Under the pieces are notes generated by a model. That model did no database searches, was not told the origin of the DNA, and worked only from the letters and a program-made list of their open reading frames with translations. A stretch of 64,000 nucleotides of DNA, from positions 3,844,001 to 3,908,000 of the forward strand of contig OZ251224.1 of assembly GCA_965240325.2 (NCBI GenBank), given 5' to 3'. This document shows, piece after piece, positions 12,371 to 22,189 of the stretch (its first letter is position 1; each line of letters starts with the position of its first letter). The DNA comes from Rebecca billardiae RCC1528 (taxonomy: Eukaryota > Protista > Haptophyta). Both the position numbers and the translations under genes were made by a program.

Positions 12371-12835
12371 AAGTCATTGAGAATATATATATATATATAT
12401 GATTCCGGCCGATCACATCTGACGCGACCGTAAGAGACTATTACTATACCGGAGCGCTGCTAGACTCACTAGTCACTAGACTCTATGACAGATGACTTTA
12501 ATGATAACTACGACTCACTCCGAGGCATGCGCCCATGAACGCGCGACGTGAACGAAATGATTGCTATGACGATGAATAATCCGATGACTACGAATAATAT
12601 CTAGGCTGCTATCTTGGTCTGGGCTGGTCGGCTGGCTGGCATCATCAATATTTCAATAATAATCCGCAGCCGAGTAGTCGTCGTAGACGTAGTTTTCTCC
12701 GAGAAGGCGCCAGCGGCAGCGCGTTACTTATTTATTCCCGTGCACCCTGGATGGAGTCCTGGAGCAGCGCAGTCAGCTAAGCGCGCGCAGCTCCGAGCTC
12801 GATTCGATAACTATATTTGCTAGCTGATATGTCGT

Positions 12836-12838
<3 letters not shown>

Positions 12839-12894
<56 letters not shown>
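12839..12894. repeat. (AT)n microsatellite
   Basis: Read directly from the sequence. Confidence 0.95.
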
Positions 12895-12897
<3 letters not shown>

Positions 12898-13223
12898 TGC
12901 TTACATGAATCATGACGATGATTATCTGTCTCATGATTGATCATCATGGACATGTGATGTGAAAATTCAGGGCCGCACTACACTACAGTCACTGGCAGCC
13001 GGACCTCGTCATTGACAGTATATTGCAGGTGTCGCAGCATAGTACATCAGCAACTGCCCCTGCAGTCCGACTGCAAAGTCATGCATGTGATGGCATGCTG
13101 AAGTGTTCCGGCCGCCCGTTACTTCCGTCCAACTCACTCATCGCCGGTATTCGGATGAGACGTCGGCATTCGGGCGCCGCCGGCACACGAGGGGTCGCCC
13201 CCAAGACTCGAGAACCGTTGGCA

Positions 13224-14222
13224 TCACTGGCGCTCAATGGTAGTGGCGCTCGGCGGCGTCATCAACACGGCTGCGGCGGCGCTGCTGGACAGCGGAGGTG
13301 GGCCTTGCGTGCCATTGGCGTGCGCCGTGCATCGCGCTCTGATCATGTCGTACAGCGGCTTCTTGGGCCCCTTCAAGACGCGGTCGGCGAGCGGCTCGCC
13401 CTCCTTGACAGCATCGGCGAGCATCGCGCGCGCGGCGCTGTAGACCCACGGCATCGCGACGTACAGCATGAGATTGAGCACCCAGCGCGGCACGAGGTTG
13501 AATGGGAGGTGATTGACGGCCGTCATGAGCGAGCCGCCGCCCTTCCGTGGCGTGTACGCCATCAGGCCGTGCATCGGCACCTCGTACAGGCCGTGGAGCT
13601 CGGGAGGCAGGTCCGACGGTGTGGGATCAGTCGTGGCCGACGAGATGAGCATGCATCCGTGCGTGTCCAGGAGGTCGTCGAGCGACGCGTCCACGACGGC
13701 ACGCACATTCGAGAAGGGCGGCGGCGTCCAAAGCCGCGCAGCGACACGCACGCGCGTGAGGGCAAAGTCTTTGAGGACAGCCGCCCAGACGACGTACTTG
13801 TTCCAGGCAGGGAGCAGATCGATCTCACGCGCCGTGGCGATCAGGAACTCTACGCCCACGTCGAAGGGCGCGCAGACCTTCACCGCGTGCTTCTCGCCGT
13901 CGGTGTAATAGAAGCACTCCAGTGGGTACGACGAGGCAGAGCTCACCTTGTGCCACACGGCTTTGGGGTCGTGACCACCAGACGGGTCGTCGAAGTAGCG
14001 CATCGCTGAGCTGGCCGCCTTCTCGATCTCCTCGTCTGTCGCTCCTCCACCCCCGTGCGTCGCAAGCTCTGCGACGCGGTGGCCATGCGACCACTCAGCA
14101 TCGAGCCTTGGCTGCGCCGGCAGCTCGCTGGGGCGACAGCAGCGCAGCACGAGGACAATCACGAGCACGGCAAGGCACGCCGTGAACACTGTCGCCGGCT
14201 CCACAGTGCTGATGTCCAGCAT
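13224..14222 (-). CDS. Membrane-anchored START/SRPBCC-like lipid-binding protein
   Basis: N-terminal TM segment, REIDLLPAWNKY, PPPFSN.R and VPRWVLN patterns, and GC3-biased codons. The fold assignment is tentative. Confidence 0.6.
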   Translation of the reverse strand: MLDISTVEPATVFTACLAVLVIVLVLRCCRPSELPAQPRLDAEWSHGHRVAELATHGGGGATDEEIEKAASSAMRYFDDPSGGHDPKAVWHKVSSASSYPLECFYYTDGEKHAVKVCAPFDVGVEFLIATAREIDLLPAWNKYVVWAAVLKDFALTRVRVAARLWTPPPFSNVRAVVDASLDDLLDTHGCMLISSATTDPTPSDLPPELHGLYEVPMHGLMAYTPRKGGGSLMTAVNHLPFNLVPRWVLNLMLYVAMPWVYSAARAMLADAVKEGEPLADRVLKGPKKPLYDMIRARCTAHANGTQGPPPLSSSAAAAVLMTPPSATTIERQ

Positions 14223-14341
14223 GGTGACCAGCACCTCCGCCCCCGCAAAGGCCACGACAGTCGCTCGCTCCGCCAAAGCGCCGTCGTCGGCGGTCACCTG
14301 GGGCCGCACCGTTGGCCGCCCAATCTCGCCAGCAACTCAGC

Positions 14342-14935
14342 ATGGCGTCGCCCTCCGGCGGCTGGCTCCATGTGGCTTGCTTTGTTCATATGATGCTGAC
14401 TCCGTCCTCGCTGCGCACGGGGCATGTCATATCACGACCACAAGTGGCTTTTTCACCTGGGCGTGCTGGTCTCTACGGCGTCCAGAAGCCAACATCGACA
14501 ACTCAAGCCGAAGAGATGGATGCCTCGAAGACCCATGGGCGCACCTCGAGCTCGAACTCGGCCGTGTCGCCAAGCGAGGCGCTCGCTGTCGTCAAGCGGC
14601 CTAGAACGCCTGATGGGCTACTCACGCTAGTCAGCGTGATGGCAGGCTCTGTCATTCTCTCACGCGTGGCTGCCGTGAAGACCAAGGCTAAACGGGAGGC
14701 CGAGGCTGTGCGCGCCGCAGAGGAAGCAATCAAGGCAGCTCAATCGCGATCTGGAGCGGACGGCTCGGCGATTGGTCTCGCGATCGGGTTGCTTGGAGTC
14801 GTCTATGCTTTTGCGGATCAGCAGGCAAATTCGGTTGGGTCGAGCGATGGCCGCATGCCAGTGTTGTGGGTTCTCGTCGGTGCCAGCCTGGCTGCCGGCG
14901 TTGAACGCGTCTTCCGAATCGTCGCTGATGAGTGA
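14342..14935 (+). CDS. Hypothetical multi-pass membrane protein
   Basis: ORF with three hydrophobic segments, divergent from the START-like gene. The start is uncertain. Confidence 0.5.
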   Translation: MASPSGGWLHVACFVHMMLTPSSLRTGHVISRPQVAFSPGRAGLYGVQKPTSTTQAEEMDASKTHGRTSSSNSAVSPSEALAVVKRPRTPDGLLTLVSVMAGSVILSRVAAVKTKAKREAEAVRAAEEAIKAAQSRSGADGSAIGLAIGLLGVVYAFADQQANSVGSSDGRMPVLWVLVGASLAAGVERVFRIVADE

Positions 14936-15675
14936 TGATATGAAGCCTGACACTGCGAGTAGACGGCGTACGGATCGCTACTCGCTGGCGCCGTTGTCGT
15001 CCTCGCACAGAGTGCTCACGGACGTTGCCCGACCAACTTTGTTGCATGACATCTTGTCGGGCCGCGGATCCGCGTCAGGCCGCCGTGCTCGGCGTGCGTA
15101 CTGCGTCTGCGTAGCCGTAGCGGCCACGGGCCACAGGTAGCGGTGTCATTTTGACGCGATTGATAGTCATTGATACGACGCGATTTGATGACGAATATCC
15201 CCATCTATATTTAACGACATGGTATGCAACGGGCAAGCGTCAGGCTCAGAGTGCAGCAGACGCATAGAATGCGTCCGCGCCTTCCGACCAGGTCAGGCAG
15301 TGCGCCACCCGCAGCCCTGCCCCCCGTACGGGAGCGGGGCCGGGATGGAGCACCGCCTCGGCCTGGGGCACGCGACAGCGACGGCAGATGCCGCCGCGGC
15401 CGAGCGCCTTCCGGAGCACTTGGATGAGGGTGAGGTCGTAGTCGATGTCGCCGCCCGCCGACCTTGCGGCGAGCAGCTGCGGCAGGCATGGGGGTAGTGT
15501 AGTACGTCCTTCTCAACAACCACCGCCATTGCCCATTGCCCATCCGATCATCCACCGGACACCGGTGGTGAGCACCGGGAGCAGGACAGTGGAAGTCGTG
15601 GAGCACACGGACGCACGGCACCACGCGGCACGCGCTGGCGAATCTCGAAGGGCTCCGTGTCAGTGTGGCCACACG

Positions 15676-16182
15676 ATGGCGCACGACAGCGAGGCGGCGC
15701 AAGCGGCAGTGCCAACGGCAGATGTTGCCTCTGCGCCCGGCGCAGCGAGTCTGTCGGCCGCGCCGGCAGCAGCAGATGCGGGTGGGCGCAAGCGTCGGAA
15801 GCGCATGTGGGAGGAAGCAGACGTCCCCACGCCTGCCGCGCAGCCTGTTGCGCCGGCTCCACCAGCGCCAGCCAACCTACCCTTCCCACCGGTGCCGCCC
15901 CCGCCGGCGGTCCCGCCGGCGGTCCCGCTGGCGCTGAGTGCGCCGCCCCCCAAGCCCGCCCTCCTCACACGCGAGCTCGAGATCAACGACGCGCGCAACA
16001 AGGCCACACTCACGCGCAAGGCCACACACGAGGACGTGCGCGAAAAGACGGGCACGACCGTGATGATACGCGGGCGGTACAAGCCACCCGGCGACACGTC
16101 GACGGACGAGCGCCCGCTTCACCTCTACCTGCAAGCCGAGAGCGAGGCCGCCCTCGATGCGGCGGAGGAGATCCTCCGCGAG
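15676..16182 (+). CDS. KH-domain protein KHDC4/RIK-like, 5' part, truncated by the assembly gap
   Basis: NLS-like RKRRKRMW, and ELEINDARNKATLTRKATHEDVREKTGTTVMIRGRYKPP...ERPLHLYL, the atypical KH domain of this family. Confidence 0.75.
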
Positions 16183-16282
16183 NNNNNNNNNNNNNNNNNN
16201 NNNNNNNNNNNNNNNNNNNNNNNNNNNNNNNNNNNNNNNNNNNNNNNNNNNNNNNNNNNNNNNNNNNNNNNNNNNNNNNNNN
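16183..16282. other. Assembly gap (100 N)
   Basis: Run of N. Confidence 1.
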
Positions 16283-16319
16283 GTGGCAGGCGCTTCGGCA
16301 GAGTAATACACTGTCGACG

Positions 16320-17350
16320 GTCGTGGCGCCGCAGCTGGTGGGCTCACCGGCGCCCTCGCGCTCGCAGCTTTCGGCGCGCTTGGCGAGCACGCCAAGGTCG
16401 CCGCGCGCACCGTGGTCCGCGTGCACACAACGGCCGCCGCGCGCGCCGCAGCCGTCTTGCGCGCCGCAGCCGGCGAGCGCGCTGCGGCCGGCGAGCGCGC
16501 CGCGGCTGCTGAGCGCGCCCGGCCGGTGAGCGCGCCGCGGCTGCCGCGCGCCGCGCGGCTGGCGATTGCACCGCGGCTGCCACGCGCGCTGCGGCCGGTA
16601 AGCGCGCCACGGCGGCAGACAGCGTAACTCGGCCGTCGCGCCCGGCCGGCGAGCGCGCCGTGGCTGCTGCGCGCGCCGCGGCTGCCGCGCGCGCCGCGGC
16701 TGGCGAGCGCGCCGAGGCCGACCAACGCGCCGCGACCGCCCCGCGCACGGCGACCGAAGGCGAGTCTGTGGCGGATAGCGAGCTTGCCGCTGCGGCTAGT
16801 GAGCGCGCCGCAACCGGCGCGGATGGATGGTGCAGCCGGGGCTTGCGCCACCGCGACCGGTGAGCAGGCCGCGCCAGCATGCGTAGGTATTGGCGAGCGC
16901 GCCACCGCAACCGGCGAGCGCGCACCGCACGGGCCACAGATGCCCATTGGTCCAACGCCGCAGGTGCCCATCAAGCCTGGCGCCAACACGTGACAGTTGC
17001 GCGATGAGGCTGAGCGTGCTCGCCGGCCGCTGCGCGCTCACTGGCCGCGGCGGCGCGCTCGCTCGCTATCCGCCACAGACTAGCCTTCGGTCGTCGCGCA
17101 CGGCCGCGGCGCGCTGGTCCGCCGCGGCGCGCGCGGCAACCGCGGCGCGCGCGGCGGCCACCGCGCGCGTGGCGCATGCGGCGGCCGCTGCGTGCGTGCG
17201 GACCGCGGCGCACACCGCAACCTTAGCTTGCTGTCCGTGCGCACCAGCCCCTGAGCCGCGGCACGCGCTGCGAGCTTTGCGTGCTCGCCGTGCGCGCCGA
17301 CAGCTGCGGGCGTGCCGGCGTCGGCGCGCCCACTAGCCGCAGCGCCATGA
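16320..17350. repeat. Diverged ~1-kb inverted repeat with internal GC-rich ~18-bp tandem units
   Basis: 16321-16440 matches the reverse complement of 17170-17350. GACCGAAGGCGAGTCTGTGGCGGATAGCGAGC (~16753) matches the reverse complement of ~17060-17091 with one mismatch. Confidence 0.75.
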
Positions 17351-17829
17351 TCGTCCATGGAGCTGCGCCGGTGCCCATGCCTGTGCCGCTGGCACCGGTA
17401 CGCCCGCGCGCGGCGGCCGCGGTGGCAACGTTCAGCACATTTTGAACAACGTGCAATGGCAACAGCACACAACCGACTGTAGCGCACGGGCCGTGTTCAC
17501 CCGCGTGCGACTACGCGCGGACATGGTCAACTGGCGAACGTCGATGGTGCGTCCATGGTGTTGGCTGCATGCTTCTCATGCGGGCAGCAAGTCCACAAGC
17601 CGAGTTGCCGCCGTGGAGTTGCATGCGCGAGGAAGGCATCCGATGCGGGCGAGGGCAGGCGGGGCGGGCCAGGGAGAAGGGGGTGGGTGGAGCTGGGCGC
17701 CCGCCACTAGACTCAGCGCACTTCACCCTGTGGCCACCGAAGACACAGCAGCGCGTGCAGCCATGGAGCGGGCGGGCCGCACCGCGCGACGTGCGCTCCG
17801 AGTCCACGGTGGCCGAGTCGCGAGCCGCT

Positions 17830-17960
17830 GGGCTGATTTAAGCCCTTAAATCAGCCCGGGCTGAGATAAGCTCCGCGCGAGCTTATCTCAGCCCGGGCTG
17901 ATTTAAGGGCTTAAATCAGCCCGGGCTGAGATAAGCTTAAATCAGCCCGGGCTGATTTAG
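17830..17960. repeat. Nested palindromic array with perfect 44-bp arms
   Basis: 17830-17873 is the exact reverse complement of 17879-17922. The array is built from GGGCTGATTTAAG and GGGCTGAGATAAG units and their complements. Confidence 0.95.
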
Positions 17961-17970
17961 CGCTGCCGCC

Positions 17971-18414
17971 GGCGGCGCACGCGTGCTCCGCAGCAAATAA
18001 ATAAATCAAAAGGGAAAAGTACCGTTGGTGATGGCAGTTCGCCGAGAATTGGTACGGTCGCTCGGTGGCAGGGACCGTTGGTGGCACTCCAGCCCAAATT
18101 TGGGGCCGTTGGTGGCAGTCGGCCGTGCGGCCGAACTTTCGCGCCTTCGCCGCGGGCGAGAAGGCCGGCGAGCAGGCCGGCACGCTGCGTTGGACGTGCG
18201 CGGCTCGCGCGCACGCGTGAGTGCAGGCCGTGTGTCAGTGGGCGCACACTCAGCACGGCCGTGCGCGCCATGTCGTGCGCCGCCGCCGTGCATGGCGCTC
18301 GCACGGCGCCACCATCGCGCCGTGACATGCGAAAGCAGGGCGGCGCGAATCAAAAAATAAGAGGATGCGCGCAGGATTCGATGGGGATTTTGTAGCCGGG
18401 TGGATTTAGGTGTG
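17971..18414 (+). repeat. Dispersed repeat (other copy 37121-37199, inverted) interrupted by a 336-bp segment
   Basis: Both flanks match the reverse complement of 37121-37199. AATCAAAA is duplicated at 18004-18011 and 18348-18355. Confidence 0.7.
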
Positions 18415-18860
18415 TCAGAAAAGCGCATTTGAGTCCGGCCATTGCACTGCCCTTGATTACGGTTTTGATTGCGTTTGTATGTGAGATTCTCCCGCCCCGT
18501 CTGTATTGATACGTATTAAATATAGTAGCACTTAGGAAAAAGCATGGTCCACTAGCAAACACCAGCCCTGCGTTCGAACATATTCTATACGGTAAGAATG
18601 TCTTAGGAATTGTAAGAGCCTGAAACAGCTCGCCATATATATATAGGAAAGAGAGGTTGTGAATCGGCTTTTATGTCGCTTGAAGTAAATATTGCTTGGG
18701 GCGCCGATACTGACGAGCGGTGATCAATAGCTACGGCTATCATACGACCGTACTTGAGTACTTCCGCCTCAGGCTGGAGTCTTCCTTAGATTCTTAACTA
18801 TAGCGGTGCCTTACCCAGACCCGTGCAAGGGTAATTATCGTGCCTGGGCCTTATAATTAT

Positions 18861-19681
18861 CAGGGTGTGGGGGCAACACGGCAAAGTCCGCGCTGACGTT
18901 AGGTAGTTAGAGAAATTTAAGATAGGCGGGATCCGGCCCTATTTGAGCCCGAACGTGGGCCTCGCTCCGTCGGAGGGCCCAGGTCGCGCTTACGAGGGGG
19001 ATCTGGCTCTGTAAGGGCTCGCCGCAACGTTAGCTCCCCTATAAGTGGGAGATCGCGTCGCCGCGACCTTTGATTCGCGCCGCGGCGCCGCAAAGGGCGC
19101 ACGAGGACAGCTCGGCTCGCTGGCGCAGCGCCGCACGGAGGCGCGCGCGCGCAGCTCGCGAGTGCGCGCGCGCGCGTTCTCGCGCGTTCGTCGCGCGAGA
19201 AGAAGTCTTCGCGTTCGCGGCGCCTTCGTGCGACCAGAAGCCGACGTGGCCTACGTCGTGCGCTCTTGCGTGCGTGCCGGTGTGCCCGGCAAGCGTTGCG
19301 TGCGCGCCGTGCCGCGTGCGCTCGCCGCGCTGGTGCACTCCTTGGAGAGCGCGCGGTTGGCGGGTCGGGCGAGCAGGGTGCCGCGCGTAGCGCTGCGAAC
19401 GACTGGAGCTACCGCGGTCCGCAACCCTGCACGTCCATGAAAGCGCCAAGGTGGCTGAGCGAGCGCAGGCCCTCGCACGCGGTGGCGATGGTTCTTCTGG
19501 GCACCATCGCCGCGTTTTGAACGCCGAGATTCAAATCTCTAACGTAACAAAAGCGACCGTGCCCCCACCCTCATCCACGCTTTCCTTGCGGTAGGCTTCC
19601 GCTTACGTTTTCATATTCACCGGACAAATATAGAGATCCTAACGTTAGCGCGGACTTTGCCGTGTTGTCCCCGGCACCCTA
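18861..19681. mobile_element. Non-autonomous TIR element (~43-bp imperfect TIRs, hAT-like (C/T)AGGG ends)
   Basis: CAGGGTGTGGGGGCAACACGGCAAAGTCCGCGCTGACGTTAGG pairs with CCTAACGTTAGCGCGGACTTTGCCGTGTTGTCCCCGGCACCCTA. No TSD is visible. Confidence 0.75.
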
Positions 19682-19771
19682 TTTGGATATTGCTTGGGGC
19701 GCCGATACCGATGAGCGGTGATCAATATAGCTATCATACGACTTCTTCCGGCTCAGTGAGTCTTTGTTCTG

Positions 19772-20580
19772 AGGGCGGAGCGCGCAGCGTGGAGCGGCCC
19801 GGGCACTAACCACGTTTTACAAAAAGATCTTTGATCATCAAAGAAAAAAGGGACGGGGCCGGGGCGATTTTTAGGGAGGGGGAGACCGAGTTTCGATTTT
19901 TTGAGACCGCGCATATATACAGGCAATCGCGGGCAATAAGGAGCTGTCACGTTAAGAAACTGGGGCTTGCTATCTGCGGATCTGGCCTAGAAACTGAGGC
20001 TAGCGATTGGCTGGTTCGCTATACGCATAGTCACACTAAGAAACCGGGACTACGTCGTCCCGGCTGACGAGTGGTCCGCCGAGGGGCGAGGGCGGCGAGG
20101 CGCAGTCGGCCCGTCGGGGACGCGGCGCGCGGCCCGACTACGAGTACAGGCCAAGTCCCGACTTCTCCTGATGACTGACTCCTGGCCAGTGCACCGCAGC
20201 ATCCATGCAACATCATGCCAGATTTGCTCCAAAAAGGCCCAAAATTTTCGTCGGCCTCGCCGGCCGGGCCTAAAGACTCAGCGGGGGGCTCTGCCCCCCT
20301 GCGCCCCCCGCGCCTGCGCGGCGGGCGGACCTAGCTAAGAAACTGAGACTCCGTAGGCGCTCGGGCTACCGAACGGCTAAGAAACCGAGGCTAGCCGTGA
20401 GATCTCTGACTTCTTATTGCCCGCGATTGCCTGTAGAGAGTCAAGAGCAGACGTTCGATCATTCGGCGAGAAATGGATGCGCCCACGATATATATTCCCT
20501 ACTACTAAGTCAAGCGCGATCTGGACGTGAGCCGGCCGTGACTTTAGCGTACATAACGGTTCGTTACGAGCGAATCGTAT
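19772..20580 (+). repeat. Older dispersed repeat (inverted copy ~33935-34198) split by the MITE insertion
   Basis: 19772-19908 matches the reverse complement of 34066-34198 (AGGGCGGAGCGCGCAGCGTGGAGC, CAAAAAGATCTTTGATCA, GGAGACCGAGTTTCGA). A weaker match resumes after the MITE. Confidence 0.7.
19920..20433. mobile_element. MITE, Tc1/mariner-type, 514 bp, 21-bp perfect TIR, TA TSD
   Basis: TA|CAGGCAATCGCGGGCAATAAG ... CTTATTGCCCGCGATTGCCTG|TA, with no internal ORF of note. Confidence 0.92.
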
Positions 20581-21337
20581 TCGTCGTCCCGGTCCCGGAT
20601 CGCGTGACGTCCGGACTGGGCCACCGATCCGGATCGGAGCGGAGTGAAGTGAACGTGGCCCCGCACGATGACGATGGCGGATCAGGATGGGACCAACCCC
20701 TGGCTGCGAGCGCGCCTGCACGTGCCTCCGGACCCGCCTCCCGCTTGCTGCTCACGCAGTCAGCTGCGACCGTGGCGCATGATCGCAGAAGCAGTGCCGG
20801 CAGTACGGCCTGCATCAGCTAGTGCCGCGCCGTCGTGCCTCGTGGGCGCGCGCGGTAGTTGCGTTTGCAGCGCGGCTCGCGCTCGGCGAGCCGACGCGCG
20901 TGCGGCTCAGGTGTGTCAAATGCGGTCTCGTCTGCGCGCTTTCGCCTGCCACCTCGTGCACCCGTGCCGCCAGCTTCATCGTCTTCATGAGTCTGACTGC
21001 TGCTGCTGTCGCCATCCGCTCCGTCCATCACCCCGAGCCGCGCGGCGCGCGCAGTAGTTAGCATTTCAGTACCATTTCACAGCAGCTGTGCACACGGCAC
21101 AGTGTCACCGCAGCGGCTTCCCAGCAGTCGTCGACAATTGCGTCGTCAGAATCCTCCTCGTCGTCGGCTTCCACCGCCGCGAGAGGGAACGCTGCCACAG
21201 CTGCAGATGGGAGGCAAGTCTTCTCTCTTCCCACCGCGGCGCGCGCTGCGACAGCCCTCCCCGTTGGCCGTTTCCTTCACTTGCCCACCTGCTGCTGAGG
21301 GTTTTGTGGCTCGATCTCAGCAACGGCGCCACCTGAC

Positions 21338-21409
21338 GACGAGCGGATTGGATTGGTGCACGGGGAATTGCCAATTGGATCTCCCGTGCACCAATCCGCT
21401 CGGCTCGTC
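21338..21409. repeat. Imperfect hairpin/palindrome
   Basis: GACGAGCGGATTGGATTGGTGCACGGG ... CCCGTGCACCAATCCGCTCGGCTCGTC. Confidence 0.8.
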
Positions 21410-21824
21410 GATCAACGACAACGTCACCGCATTTTCACATTTTCACTGCCAGTCACTGGCCTGCTGAGGGCGCCTACGGTCACTCACCCGTGCAACGGGT
21501 CAAGTGGCCAGAGTACGTCTGGTCGTTGGCTGGCACGAGCCGCAGCGCTAAAGCACCCTGCTGTCACACCCGACTCCTTCATTCAGTACTCCGAGCTCCG
21601 CGGCACGACTCACTCGGCACGATCGCAGACGGGTCGGATCCGAGCTCACGGAGCTGATCAGACATCAGACATCAGTCACAAACACAACGGTCGGCAGGAC
21701 TCAGAACCGTACTTCAACTGGCGAACTGCCACGGCGGAGAGCCGCGATTGCACGGCCACCGCGGGCCCCCAACTGCGTTGATTCTAAGATGCAGAAAAGA
21801 ACCGTAGTGGAACGCGGTCATTAT

Positions 21825-21826
<2 letters not shown>

Positions 21827-21865
<39 letters not shown>

Positions 21866-21892
21866 ACTCTCTCTCTCTCTCTCTCTCTCTCT
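21827..21892. repeat. (TC)n microsatellite, interrupted
   Basis: Read directly from the sequence. Confidence 0.95.
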
Positions 21893-22189
21893 CGTGTCGC
21901 GAGTTTAATACACAATTAACTTTCACATTCGCACGAACCGTCAGCACTTTCTCGCTGCTGACGACAGTAACGATGACGACAATTTATATATATATTCGTC
22001 ATCACGCGATATGATTATGATTAACGTCGAACGAGCCTCGGGATTAATGACGAGTGATATGTACTAGCTACTGCTACAGTACGTATGAAACTTCCGCAGG
22101 GCTGGTGAACCGTACTGACGACAGATGCTATGTATATGTAGTAACACGACTGCTTGCGTTTGCTTCATCTCGCCGGCTCGGTCAGCCCG

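Noticed and set aside
17830-17960. CRISPR-like repeat array
   Set aside because: There are no unique spacers, the units are inverted and abutting, no cas genes are present, and the context is eukaryotic.
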